In this document: positions 1 through 9,459 of the stretch, in pieces
Numbering within the stretch: the stretch's first letter is position 1
How the letters are laid out: every line of letters starts with the position of its first letter
From: Candidatus Thorarchaeota archaeon
GTDB taxonomy: Archaea; Asgardarchaeota; Thorarchaeia; Thorarchaeales; Thorarchaeaceae
Assembly: GCA_963726195.1 (NCBI GenBank)
Contig: CAVSBO010000007.1
Location: 32,001 to 96,000 of the forward strand
Length of the DNA stretch: 64,000 bases
Direction of reading: 5' to 3'
The notes under the pieces: model-generated
What the model saw: the letters and a program-made list of their open reading frames with translations, nothing else
Database searches by the model: none
What the model was told of the DNA's origin: nothing
Program-made: the position numbers and the translations under genes

Positions 1-90
1 TGGGCTCTAGACAACGATCTCGATTTTCGAAGCCACAGTTAGCGCTCGAATATGCATGCGATTGCAGGTATGAAACACAGAGGACGACAG

Positions 91-306
91 CTACTCTTTT
101 GCTTGGGCTTCAAGGAATGCGGAGACAATCTCAGTATCTGCGACTTGAAAATGGCTGTCAACATAGCAGACAATATAGTGCTCGTCGTGCTTTATGATGA
201 CCGGGGTGGGGAATCGCTTAACGCTCTTCAGGACCTTCTCCGGGACTTTCCAGTAGATAGTCTGCTTGCATATGGGGCATTGCAGCCACTTTAGCCCGTT
301 ACTCAT
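91..306 (-). CDS. Small hypothetical protein with CxxC (CPIC), possible Zn-binding
   Basis: ORF 91..444; ATG at 306 gives MSNGLKWLQCPICKQTIYW..., and the upstream part looks non-coding. Confidence 0.6.
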   Translation of the reverse strand: MSNGLKWLQCPICKQTIYWKVPEKVLKSVKRFPTPVIIKHDEHYIVCYVDSHFQVADTEIVSAFLEAQAKE

Positions 307-440
307 CAATACCACCAGTGGTCCGGAGGGCCGAGCCAATGGCGCAGACAACAATCGGACTAAAAACGTTTTCCTGTCAATTAGCCCGTGCTTGACGAAT
401 AGGTCATCAGGAATGAGCAACGATGAATCACAGGATGCTA

Positions 441-1271
441 TCATTCATCAAGGTCAGCATCCCACGCTCCGGGGTCCTTCAAGTCTCTGCTCAATATGGG
501 ACCTTTCCTGAGATTCAAGCTTTCGGAGTCGTACCTGCTTGCATCGATTACGAGTTCTTCTGTCTCTTGGTCGAATGAAGCAGGTATTAGTCCTTCGTCT
601 ATGCCTCTTTTGACGAGTTCCTTTAGTCTAGGCTGACTGAGCCCCGTGCTTTCGGCGAGACTCGCGATTGTGATTGCCGCCTCCGACTCCAGTGAGGTGC
701 GGATGAACTCTGACAGAATGAGAAAGAAGTCCCTCTCGACTTTGCTCAGTTCGGGTTGGTCTAGTAACCCTGTGAGCACAGATTCAATGTAAGTATCTGC
801 TTTGCCAAACTCATACTCACTCAACATGAGAGCGAGATCAATCAGTTCCTTTGATTTGCCTCTTGTCGTCTCCGATGCTCCGTGGATGAGTCGCCTTGCC
901 ATGTCAAGGTCCCCTCCCAGAATGGAGCAGAATGCGGCATCAACAAAACACTGTGGATCCTTCTCTTCGTCGGCTGCGGCTATGTAGGCATCAGAAGCAA
1001 TCTGGCAGTCCAGTTCGAATTTCTCGTGCTCCCCCTGCTTTACCCATGCCCAAGCCGCTTTCAGTATGGTTTCGGCTGCTGATCTGTATTGGTGGCACAG
1101 CATGCCGTGTTCGTAAGCTCTTTCGTAGCACATCGCAGCTTTTGAGGAAGAGTCCCAACTGTTCCAGCACTCTGCGGCTTGCAGGAACCCATACATGGCC
1201 TCCTCATTCAACCCATTCTCGGCCATTGTTTCAGCCGTTGTTTCGAGCTTCTGGCACTCTTTGCTGGGCAT
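441..1271 (-). CDS. TPR/SNAP-like helical repeat protein with C-terminal PCI-like winged helix
   Basis: AAxCxxxA-type helical repeats; C-terminal ITIASLAESTGLSQPRLKELVKRGIDEGLIPASFDQETEELVI matches the PCI-domain pattern. Confidence 0.6.
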   Translation of the reverse strand: MPSKECQKLETTAETMAENGLNEEAMYGFLQAAECWNSWDSSSKAAMCYERAYEHGMLCHQYRSAAETILKAAWAWVKQGEHEKFELDCQIASDAYIAAADEEKDPQCFVDAAFCSILGGDLDMARRLIHGASETTRGKSKELIDLALMLSEYEFGKADTYIESVLTGLLDQPELSKVERDFFLILSEFIRTSLESEAAITIASLAESTGLSQPRLKELVKRGIDEGLIPASFDQETEELVIDASRYDSESLNLRKGPILSRDLKDPGAWDADLDE

Positions 1272-1372
1272 TTTCGCTCAATCCCCGAGAACACCCCAGT
1301 CGACTGGTTCGTTTCCACCAAAGGAGCTGGTGAAGGTCACCTGCATTACCTAAAGGGCATTTCCAACTGATT

Positions 1373-2059
1373 TCACTTGTCTGCAACGATTGCCCCATCT
1401 CTCATCCGCAATATGCGCCTGGCATACTTGATGAGCTCCTCGTTGTGGGTGACAAGCACGACAGTCATTTTCCTGTCCTTGTTCAGGCCTGCGATAATCT
1501 TCATGACCGTGTCGCCTGTCTTGGAATCGAGATTGCCAGTAGGCTCGTCGCAGAAGAGGATTGGTGGGCTATTCACGAGAGCCCTTGCGATTGCGACTCT
1601 CTGTTGCTCTCCTCCGCTCATCTGCCTTGGGAAGTGGTCCTTTCTTTCGAGCATGTCAACTTCGCGCAGAACCTCAAGTGCCATGGCTTCCTCTTTTTCC
1701 TTCTTTAGGTCAGTACTGGGCCATAGCACGGCCTCGATGTTCTCGAATGCTGTCAGGTCCTCTATGAGCAAGAACGACTGAAAGACAAAGCCAATCTTCT
1801 GGGCTCGGACCTTCGGCATATCTCGTTCGCTTATGAGCGTCACATCAACTCCATCTATCAGGATCCTTCCATTGGTTGGCGCTTCTAGGCCTGCCATCAC
1901 ATGAAGAAGAGTGGACTTGCCGCAACCGGATGGTCCTACTACGGCGACGAAGTCACCGGGCATTATCTCTAGGTTTATGTCCTTTAGTGCGGCGACTGTC
2001 TTCTTTCCTTTGCCGTACTCTTTGTTGACACCCTGAACTTGGATTATTGGGTTCGCCAT
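1373..2059 (-). CDS. ABC transporter ATP-binding protein (LolD/MacB family)
   Basis: Walker [41 protein letters not shown]; probable start MANPII at 2059. Confidence 0.92.
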   Translation of the reverse strand: MANPIIQVQGVNKEYGKGKKTVAALKDINLEIMPGDFVAVVGPSGCGKSTLLHVMAGLEAPTNGRILIDGVDVTLISERDMPKVRAQKIGFVFQSFLLIEDLTAFENIEAVLWPSTDLKKEKEEAMALEVLREVDMLERKDHFPRQMSGGEQQRVAIARALVNSPPILFCDEPTGNLDSKTGDTVMKIIAGLNKDRKMTVVLVTHNEELIKYARRILRMRDGAIVADK

Positions 2060-2061
2060 CT

Positions 2062-2586
2062 CTATTCCTCCCTTATCGCCATCATTGGCGGAATGTGGTT
2101 TGCTCTGAATTGTGCTAGTATTAGACCCGGTATCTGAAGGATTACAATGAGGAATAGGGCGATGAGCATGGGTCCGGCACTGATTGTTATATAATTCGTA
2201 AGCCACGTGACAAGCGGCGTGTTCGTGGTACCAATGGCATATTGTGTTACGCCTAGGACCTCAACAGTCAGCTGGAACACGACAAGGAATGCAGAGACCG
2301 AGACAACCACGACCTCGCCAACAAGGAGCAACATGACATCCGGATTGCTCCAAGAGACGCATTTCAGGATTGCAATGTCTCTTCTTCTGAACTGACTAAT
2401 CAGAATTGCATACACCGATGACACCGCAAAGGCTACTATAGGCCAGAGCCACCAATCTGCAGCCCCATGCTCTAAGCCCTTGCCAACCATTATGTACAGT
2501 ACGGCGTAGATTATGATGAACGCGAATATGCGTCGGCGTGACCGAAACGCGAATCTCATACTCTTGAAAAAGATCCTAAGGTTCAA
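2062..2586 (-). CDS. Minimal FtsX/MacB-like ABC permease
   Basis: 4 hydrophobic segments, RRRDIAILKCVSWS (FtsX-type RxxEIaiLkavG motif), ends IPPMMAIREE; adjacent to LolD-like ATPase. Confidence 0.75.
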   Translation of the reverse strand: MNLRIFFKSMRFAFRSRRRIFAFIIIYAVLYIMVGKGLEHGAADWWLWPIVAFAVSSVYAILISQFRRRDIAILKCVSWSNPDVMLLLVGEVVVVSVSAFLVVFQLTVEVLGVTQYAIGTTNTPLVTWLTNYITISAGPMLIALFLIVILQIPGLILAQFRANHIPPMMAIREE

Positions 2587-2741
2587 GCTTCTCTTGCTCC
2601 TACGGACTGTCAGATAGTTGGCTGTTGCACATCTGAATCCTTAAAGTGTCTTCCGCGTATCTAGACACGGCATATGAGAACTGCAGAGGTACATCACTGG
2701 CACAAATCAATGGAGTTCGGTAAATCTAACACATCTACACA

Positions 2742-2960
2742 CTAGCCCTCGATCTTTGCATCAGAATGCTTTGGCATCGGTACACCATCAACCCAGAGTT
2801 CTTTCATGAGGAGATCTCTGATTGCGACTCTGATGGCTTCACTGCGCGACGGGTACATCCCGCGTTCGACCAGCTTGTCGAGTGCACTCACGTAGATGTC
2901 GCTCATTTTGACGGTGACGAGCTGCAACTTTGTTTCCTCCCGACTTGCGCTAGCGGCCAC
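2742..2960 (-). CDS. Ribbon-helix-helix (CopG/NikR N-terminal-like) DNA-binding protein
   Basis: LVTVKMSDIYVSALDKLVERGMYPSRSEAIRVAIRDLL; start uncertain. Confidence 0.85.
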   Translation of the reverse strand: MAASASREETKLQLVTVKMSDIYVSALDKLVERGMYPSRSEAIRVAIRDLLMKELWVDGVPMPKHSDAKIEG

Positions 2961-3187
2961 CCAAGTCGAATATAACACCTTCTAGTGTCGAATGTCCCAT
3001 AGCGAAGTGTGTGCCACTGATGGAACACTGCGTCACATTCTGGTGGACATGGCTCGCCACTGCTGACGAAGGCTTGAGGTGCAATGCTAGAAAGGCTAAA
3101 TAGCAATAACTAGCAAGTCCTCGTTGTTCCCATATTCTCTGGACAGCAATGAATGGATTCGGCAAAACGAAGATGGTAGGGACCGCT

Positions 3188-3748
3188 ATGTCACAGGCGA
3201 AGGCGATGGTGTCAGTGTCTGCGAATTTTGACTTCATGAGAAAGGTCGTCATGATTGGCGCAGGCGGCAGCGGGAAGACAGCACTCGTCAATCGCTTTCT
3301 GACTCAGAAGTTTTCGGAGCAGTACATTGTGACCATAGGTTCCCAGTTCGCAGTTAAGACGGTCACCGTGGAGAACTTCAATGGACACAGTGTGGTAGTG
3401 AAGCTCCTCGTGTGGGATTTGGCGGGCCAGGAACGTTTCGATTTCATTCGCAGCAGTTACTACAAGGGATCCAAAGGAGGGCTGCTCGTGTTCGACACGA
3501 CACGAAAAAACACTTGGGCCGAACTGCCGAAGTGGATTGAAGAGACAGACAACGCGCTCGGGCTGCGAATACCAATCATATTGCTTGCGAACAAGGTCGA
3601 CTTGGCAGACGAGCGTATCATTACAGCCGAGATGGGTAAGGCGTTTGTCCAAGAGCATGGCCTTGTTGGTTATTTGGAAACCAGCGCACTCACCGGACAG
3701 AATGTGGAAGAGGCGTTCAGTCTTCTGGCGAGGTCGAGCATATCGTAG
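3188..3748 (+). CDS. Rab-like small GTPase
   Basis: G1 GAGGSGKT, G2 YIVTIG, G3 WDLAGQERF, G4 NKVD, G5 ETSA; no C-terminal prenylation Cys. Confidence 0.9.
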   Translation: MSQAKAMVSVSANFDFMRKVVMIGAGGSGKTALVNRFLTQKFSEQYIVTIGSQFAVKTVTVENFNGHSVVVKLLVWDLAGQERFDFIRSSYYKGSKGGLLVFDTTRKNTWAELPKWIEETDNALGLRIPIILLANKVDLADERIITAEMGKAFVQEHGLVGYLETSALTGQNVEEAFSLLARSSIS

Positions 3749-3847
3749 TCGCGAGAACGCCGCTATCAGTCTGCTGCAATTTAGTTAGCGCAACACAAAC
3801 GGTGTCCCCGACGAATCGATGATACCACGATATTGGCCAATTGGTGC

Positions 3848-4969
3848 CTAACGATCCCTCTTGCCTTCGATGTATTCATCGACACGCTTCCGTCCCTCGA
3901 AATCATCTATCTGGTATCGAGGATGCTTGAAGCTGTAAGAGCTGATACTTGAGAGTTCTCCCCCGATTCCTCTATCCAAGCCAATCTTCACTGCCCTTGC
4001 CACATCGATGATTACGCCTGCGCTGTTGGTGGAGTCCTGGACTGAAAGCTTGAGGAAGAGATCTATCTGCTGGTCGCCGAAGGATTTCGCCCGCATGGTG
4101 ATATAACATACCTTATTGTTGTCGAGGAACGGCACGTAGTCGCTCGGTCCTATCTTAGTGGGAAGCTCGTAGTCGACACAGCTCGTGACCGCCGCGGTCT
4201 TGCTGATCCTCTTTGACTTCAATCTCGCTTCGACTTGCATATTTTCAAAATCTGTATCGCCCCCGATGTTCAGCTGATATGTGTTCAGCACGACCAGACC
4301 TCTCTGGTCAAAAAGCTGCGTCAGCACACGATGGAGAATGGTGGCTCCGAGCTGACTCTTCACATCATCGCCAGCGCAGGGCAATCCCTTTCTCAGAAAC
4401 TCCTTCTCATGAGGACTATTCGGGTCTGATACTATGAATTCCGGCATTGCATTAATGAATCCTATACCAGCATCCAACGCGGCCTGCGCGTACGTTCGCG
4501 CACCTACCTCACTTCCGACTGGAAGGTAGTTGATGAGAAGATCTGCCTTTGTTTTTCTTAGTTCTTCTGTCACATCTACGGGCTGAATTTCGCTCTCGTC
4601 GTATGTGAAGAAGGACTCTCTCATGTGGGGGGCCACGCCATCCATAATGGGAGCAGGCATAACCTCAACCCCCATCTTCGGAACATCAGGAGCGAAAATC
4701 GGAGCACAGTTTGGCTTCACCCACATTGCCTCTGCAATGTCATGCCCTATCTTGTTTCTGTTGACTTCAAACGCCGCAACAAACTTCAGGTCTCTTGGGA
4801 AATATCCTCCAAAATCAACGTGCATGAGACCTGGGACATCCTCATCGGGTCTTGCATTGCGATAGTAGTGCACTCCTTGGATAAGTGCTGACGCGCAGTT
4901 GCCGAGTCCAGCTAGTGCGACACGAATCTCACCCATTATGGTCATCTCTCGGAAGTATTCTTCAGTCAT
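3848..4969 (-). CDS. ino1: myo-inositol-1-phosphate synthase
   Basis: GLGNCASALIQG, NYLPVGSE, GDDVKSQLGATILHR, YQLNIGGDTDF, SKRISKT. Confidence 0.93.
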   Translation of the reverse strand: MTEEYFREMTIMGEIRVALAGLGNCASALIQGVHYYRNARPDEDVPGLMHVDFGGYFPRDLKFVAAFEVNRNKIGHDIAEAMWVKPNCAPIFAPDVPKMGVEVMPAPIMDGVAPHMRESFFTYDESEIQPVDVTEELRKTKADLLINYLPVGSEVGARTYAQAALDAGIGFINAMPEFIVSDPNSPHEKEFLRKGLPCAGDDVKSQLGATILHRVLTQLFDQRGLVVLNTYQLNIGGDTDFENMQVEARLKSKRISKTAAVTSCVDYELPTKIGPSDYVPFLDNNKVCYITMRAKSFGDQQIDLFLKLSVQDSTNSAGVIIDVARAVKIGLDRGIGGELSSISSYSFKHPRYQIDDFEGRKRVDEYIEGKRDR

Positions 4970-4999
4970 AGAATAGTCTTATCTTTTAAAACTATCGAG

Positions 5000-5851
5000 T
5001 TAGGACAACTCTGTAGCGTCGTCTGCCTTTGGTTCGCCTTCCGCTGTCTCCTCCTTTGGGGACACACTTGAGTAATCCGAGAACAGGATTCTCCGGGCTG
5101 ACGCCACCGTCTTCGGTCCAATGCCGGACACAGCAGTCCACTCGTCCGTCCGACTGACTACTTCGATTGGTGAGTGAAAATGCTTGAGTAGGCTCCTTGC
5201 GCGCACAACATTGATTCCTGGCAAACCCGCGACGAAGAACTCCTGTTCGTTATCGAGCGTGTCTAGGCCCTTTCGCGTACGAATCACTGGGAGCCTACTT
5301 GTCTGCTCGTCATGCGTGTCGTCTCTTGTTGTTAGTAGCCCAAATAGAAGACCAGCTGAGTGCAACGAGTTGAATCCCTTAAGCAAGTGTATTCCTCTCT
5401 CACTTATGCTCTCAAGAAGCGCATCCAAAGCATGCGGATGAATGTAACTAACCCTCTCCATTGTTACTGCATAGGGCTTGCCCTTTGTCTGTCGTGTCTT
5501 GAAAGGAATGTAGATGCATCCTTTCACGGGGTCTCTTCTGATGGCGAGTATGTCCTCGACAAGTAGGTGAGGTCTTTCGTACTTCATGAGCCCGTCAAGC
5601 TGTTTATTGAGACGAGGAACTCCAAGATTGCTGCCACCGAGAGTATTCACGAGATCGCTCACAGTCTTTCTTTCTATCGCTATTCCATCCGGTCCTAAGA
5701 CGTCTCCAATTGGTATCTCCTGAACTGCATAAATGATACCTTCCTTGTCCAGCATCGACATCAAGTGCTTGCTAGCATTCATACTCTTCCCAGTTGTCTC
5801 GTGCACATCGACGATTACTTGAGGAACGTTTCCAAACACATCTGTCTGCAT
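5000..5851 (-). CDS. xpf: Short XPF/ERCC4-family structure-specific endonuclease with HhH domain
   Basis: VDVHE, GDV, ERKTVSDL nuclease motif; C-terminal GLPGIN...GIGPKT HhH2. Confidence 0.82.
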   Translation of the reverse strand: MQTDVFGNVPQVIVDVHETTGKSMNASKHLMSMLDKEGIIYAVQEIPIGDVLGPDGIAIERKTVSDLVNTLGGSNLGVPRLNKQLDGLMKYERPHLLVEDILAIRRDPVKGCIYIPFKTRQTKGKPYAVTMERVSYIHPHALDALLESISERGIHLLKGFNSLHSAGLLFGLLTTRDDTHDEQTSRLPVIRTRKGLDTLDNEQEFFVAGLPGINVVRARSLLKHFHSPIEVVSRTDEWTAVSGIGPKTVASARRILFSDYSSVSPKEETAEGEPKADDATELS

Positions 5852-5853
5852 GG

Positions 5854-6492
5854 CTATTCCACATCAAAGAGCGTCATGACGGCTGCCATTGAGACTTCTC
5901 TCGCAAGGTTGGCTTCAATGGCTGATCCAATAACGACCGCGTCGCCATCTTCGGGTTTCACGCTGTCGACTACCAATGCGACTTCGTCCCCGTACTCCGA
6001 GAGTATGTCGAAATCGCCCGGCGGCATCGTCAGCGCGCCTCGTTTGTAAGTAAGGGTTGTGACACCCGCCTTGCCGTAGCCTCCTTGGATGATTGCCTCA
6101 TCTCTCTGTCTGATTCCATCGGTCACCTTCTGTGCCTTGCTCTTTACGAGATTTGCATACGCATGGTGATACATGACGAGTCTTGGCACGTCCAAGAACA
6201 AGCCCAGAGGAATGTCACCGGTCATTTGATCGAAGAGCGCAAGTCCTTTGCGTGTTAACTTCTGACCTTGCTTTCCGTTGGCAGTTGTGTAGTCAGCCTC
6301 TGTCAGTCTCTTGAGCAGAGTCCTCGCGCTTCCTTCACCGATTGACATGTTCTCGCACAATTCATAGCGTCCTAGAGGTTGTTGTCTGCCGATCATAATC
6401 AGCGCCACGGCGGGATGGTGTGCCTTGAAGGCATGAGGAACACGCCCGTCGGCAGGTTCAGCAAGGCGAATGAGTTCTTTCTTCCAGCTCAA
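5854..6492 (-). CDS. wHTH transcription-regulator-like protein (DUF4443-like)
   Basis: GRYELCENMSIGEGSARTLLKRL HTH; GIRQRDEAI motif; C-terminal DAVVIGSA. Confidence 0.65.
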   Translation of the reverse strand: MSWKKELIRLAEPADGRVPHAFKAHHPAVALIMIGRQQPLGRYELCENMSIGEGSARTLLKRLTEADYTTANGKQGQKLTRKGLALFDQMTGDIPLGLFLDVPRLVMYHHAYANLVKSKAQKVTDGIRQRDEAIIQGGYGKAGVTTLTYKRGALTMPPGDFDILSEYGDEVALVVDSVKPEDGDAVVIGSAIEANLAREVSMAAVMTLFDVE

Positions 6493-6529
6493 ACCACATA
6501 CGCTCCAGTATTCAGATTCTCATCCTCTT

Positions 6530-7144
6530 TTATCCTTCACTCAATGAAGCAGGATATTGAATCGGTACGTCCCAGATTGCATCCTTGAATGACTGATCGA
6601 CTAGGTGCCCTATCACCGGCACGACGAGTAGAAAAATGAAGAAGTTCGAAACGATGTGCACCACCATGAAAGGCAACCCAAAGACAACTGCACCGTAATA
6701 TGGAACTTCGAAAGCCCATGAATAGCCCAAGTCAGTGACAAGATCGAAGAACAGGGTTGTAATGGCGCCTAGCGTGCCGAATCCGATTGGATTCATCTTT
6801 TCGCTCCTCTTTTCCTCACGATTCCTGCCTGCAATCGATCCGACCGCAACCACGAACAGCCACCCCACTATCTGACTGAGGTAGATTTGAGGCACGAGGC
6901 CTCCCCAAGGATTGAGGGTGCCGAAGATTGTTGACATGATTAGAGTGCACCAAAATGCCATGTGGAATCCGAAGACGTAGGCCGTGACGAAGAGAATGCA
7001 TGAGCCCAGCTCCACGTTTGGCAAGCCTGCTAGCGCATAGTTTCCAAGCAGGGCAAGACCGCTCATCATTCCTGTAATCGCTAGCCATTTGCTCCGCCTG
7101 ATCTTGCGCCCGCCGGTTGAGCGGTACATTTGGTCTTGCGTCAT
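6530..7144 (-). CDS. ECF transporter S-component (CbrT-like, possibly cobalamin)
   Basis: 6 TM helices, LPNVE motif, PFxxxHxVSN; co-transcribed with a DUF4430 gene. Confidence 0.7.
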   Translation of the reverse strand: MTQDQMYRSTGGRKIRRSKWLAITGMMSGLALLGNYALAGLPNVELGSCILFVTAYVFGFHMAFWCTLIMSTIFGTLNPWGGLVPQIYLSQIVGWLFVVAVGSIAGRNREEKRSEKMNPIGFGTLGAITTLFFDLVTDLGYSWAFEVPYYGAVVFGLPFMVVHIVSNFFIFLLVVPVIGHLVDQSFKDAIWDVPIQYPASLSEG

Positions 7145-7153
7145 CAGGTCCTG

Positions 7154-7894
7154 TCATCTCCGCCTCAAAAGAATCAGCACCATGATGACAGCCACGCCTA
7201 GCGAGAGTCCGACTATGACAAGCGGAACAACCGACGCGGGAGCATAGACCGACGCGAGTTCAATTGACAACTCATAGGGCGTCCCGAACGAATAGGATGT
7301 ATTGCCTATCACGAGCAAGCCACTCGCGGTGTCATAAGCTAGCAGAGTTCTCTGAGGCTCGCCAAATGATGTGTTGTCCTGCCGATACTCAAACACCATG
7401 CAGCTGTAGGCCACACCGCTCGCGGTAACCGGACCGTAGTATGATGACATAGTGCCATTGAGGAAGTTTCCCGGGACTCTTTGAGCTGAATCGTAAGCCG
7501 TTTTGTTTAGCTGCTCAAGGTCTTGGTGTCCGATTTTGACTACCAGTCCCGGAAGCCATGGCGTGAGTCCCCATACCCCTAAGGCTAGATCCTTAGCGAT
7601 GTCAGTGTCATTAGCGTTCCACGTCCTGTTACCGAGGGTGATAGTACCCTCGATGTCTTCCTTCACGGCAAGAATAGTCAAAGTCATTCTGCTGTTGGGC
7701 TGAGCGAGCCAGTAGCCCCTGCCCGACCAGTATAGACCGAAGGGAGTGACAGGGCAGTCTACGACTCTCCAAGCAATCTCTGTGTCACCCAAAATGCTTG
7801 GACTCAGAACTCCATAGCCATTGCTTACGTAGATGTTGCCGCCGTTGATGATAACCACAAGGATTAGCGCTGCCATCAGAGATCCTTCTTTCAT
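7154..7894 (-). CDS. Secreted, C-terminally membrane-anchored hypothetical protein
   Basis: N-terminal signal-like segment, N-glycosylation sequons, C-terminal TM plus RRR. Confidence 0.65.
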   Translation of the reverse strand: MKEGSLMAALILVVIINGGNIYVSNGYGVLSPSILGDTEIAWRVVDCPVTPFGLYWSGRGYWLAQPNSRMTLTILAVKEDIEGTITLGNRTWNANDTDIAKDLALGVWGLTPWLPGLVVKIGHQDLEQLNKTAYDSAQRVPGNFLNGTMSSYYGPVTASGVAYSCMVFEYRQDNTSFGEPQRTLLAYDTASGLLVIGNTSYSFGTPYELSIELASVYAPASVVPLVIVGLSLGVAVIMVLILLRRR

Positions 7895-8403
7895 TTCTGA
7901 TTGACCCTCGATCTTCTCTGAAGTATGCCCAAGAACGCTAGTGCGAAAACCCCCAGAGCCGCTGCTCCGAACAAGGCCGTGTAGTTGAATTGGCCTCCTG
8001 GATTCGTGCTGTACTCAGAAGGTTCTCTTCGCCATTGGATAGAGTCATTACTCTGAAGCTGATACTTGTTTGCGGCTACGGGACCTAGTTGCCCATCTAC
8101 CCAATACTGCCACCACAATCCCTGTGCAGCATCATTCGAAACTCCATCAATCGATACGACAAAAGCCAGGTCGCCATACCAGTTTAGTTCTATCCGCGCG
8201 ATTGCCTGCGTGGCGTTCAATACATTGGATGCCTGAAGACCCGCGTAAGTCACATTCGTGCCGTTGCCAAAGTCGATATTGACGACGATTCCGGAGGAGG
8301 CCTGAGCGTGCTTGTGAGCGTCTGTCACAGCACCAGCCACGGGCAATGCACATACGGGGACACAGACGAGCAGGAACGATGCGACTAGAGCGACGGTCCT
8401 CAT
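7891..8403 (-). CDS. DUF4430 / transcobalamin C-terminal-like surface protein
   Basis: FVVSIDGV...WWQYWVDGQLGPVAANKYQLQSNDSIQW motif; signal peptide and C-terminal TM. Confidence 0.78.
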   Translation of the reverse strand: MRTVALVASFLLVCVPVCALPVAGAVTDAHKHAQASSGIVVNIDFGNGTNVTYAGLQASNVLNATQAIARIELNWYGDLAFVVSIDGVSNDAAQGLWWQYWVDGQLGPVAANKYQLQSNDSIQWRREPSEYSTNPGGQFNYTALFGAAALGVFALAFLGILQRRSRVNQK

Positions 8404-8411
8404 TGTCCTTC

Positions 8412-8433
8412 TAGGATAGGATATCCTATCCTA
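8412..8433. promoter_or_regulatory. Perfect 22-bp palindrome, candidate operator
   Basis: TAGGATAGGATATCCTATCCTA equals its own reverse complement; lies between a minus-strand TATA-like CTTATATC (~8439-8446) and the ATG at 8403. Confidence 0.7.
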
Positions 8434-8651
8434 TTTCGATATAAGCGTTGCCTCTGAAATGATGCGCCCTGACGAGTCCAGCCAAATGGCTAGCAATGGT
8501 CTCAGCCCCAAATGCAGTTTGTATTATGCATTGAACCCAGTGGTAGTGATTTTGTCGCAAGAGCCGTCAGATTATGCCTATACTTCAACGAGGAACGCAA
8601 CACATTAAAAACGGGCACGAGGTCAACCTTCATTCGAAGGCATCTAGCCAA

Positions 8652-9305
8652 ATGAAGAGTCGCAGGAGTCGCAAGGGACTGCTGTTTGTGCTGGAGGGGA
8701 TTGATGGTTCTGGGAAGACCGCTGTAGCAGAGCTAGTTGTTGCACGTCTTACCAAGGAGGGAATTGATGCTGTCAAGCTTCACGAGCCCACAAGCGAGAG
8801 TAAATGGGGACGCGAGATTAGAGCCCGATCTCCACGCGGCGAATTGAGCCCGGCTGAAGAACTTGAGTTCTTCATACGCGATAGGGACTGGCATATCCGT
8901 AACCGCATACAACCTGCTCTGGATGCAGGGAAGATTGTGGTGTTAGACCGCTACTACTTTGCCAATGGAGCCTATCAGAGTGCCAGCACCGGAATTCCTT
9001 GGAAGGAAATCGTCCGAAGAAACATAGAAGAAATACACGCGCCATTGCCCAACCTAGTATTCGTACTGGACGTTCCAGCAGAGACAGGTCTTGCAAGAGT
9101 GCTCGGTCGTGATTATGTAAGCAACGAGCAATTCGAGAAGATTGAGCGGCTTGTGAAGGTCCGGCAGGCCTACTTGGAAATGGCACGTGAGTATTCGAGT
9201 GTTTTCGTGGTCGTAGACGCTACTCGAACGTTAGAACAAGTCGTAGACGAAGTGTGCAGGAGAATACTAGGTTTCTTAGGACGGAAGGGGACGAAAGCGG
9301 GTTGA
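8652..9305 (+). CDS. tmk: Thymidylate kinase
   Basis: EGIDGSGKT P-loop, HEP, VLDRYY, AYQ. Confidence 0.92.
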   Translation: MKSRRSRKGLLFVLEGIDGSGKTAVAELVVARLTKEGIDAVKLHEPTSESKWGREIRARSPRGELSPAEELEFFIRDRDWHIRNRIQPALDAGKIVVLDRYYFANGAYQSASTGIPWKEIVRRNIEEIHAPLPNLVFVLDVPAETGLARVLGRDYVSNEQFEKIERLVKVRQAYLEMAREYSSVFVVVDATRTLEQVVDEVCRRILGFLGRKGTKAG

Positions 9306-9459
9306 GAGCTGGCCGCTTGGCGGCTTCACAACCAAAACCGATGCTTGCGGTGGAAATAATGTGACGATTTTGTCACAAGCTTTTTTAATACGGACCCACG
9401 CAGCGGAAAAAAGACAAGCTCCTAAGAGACCAGCGAGCAAGGGACCGGAGTAGAAGATC

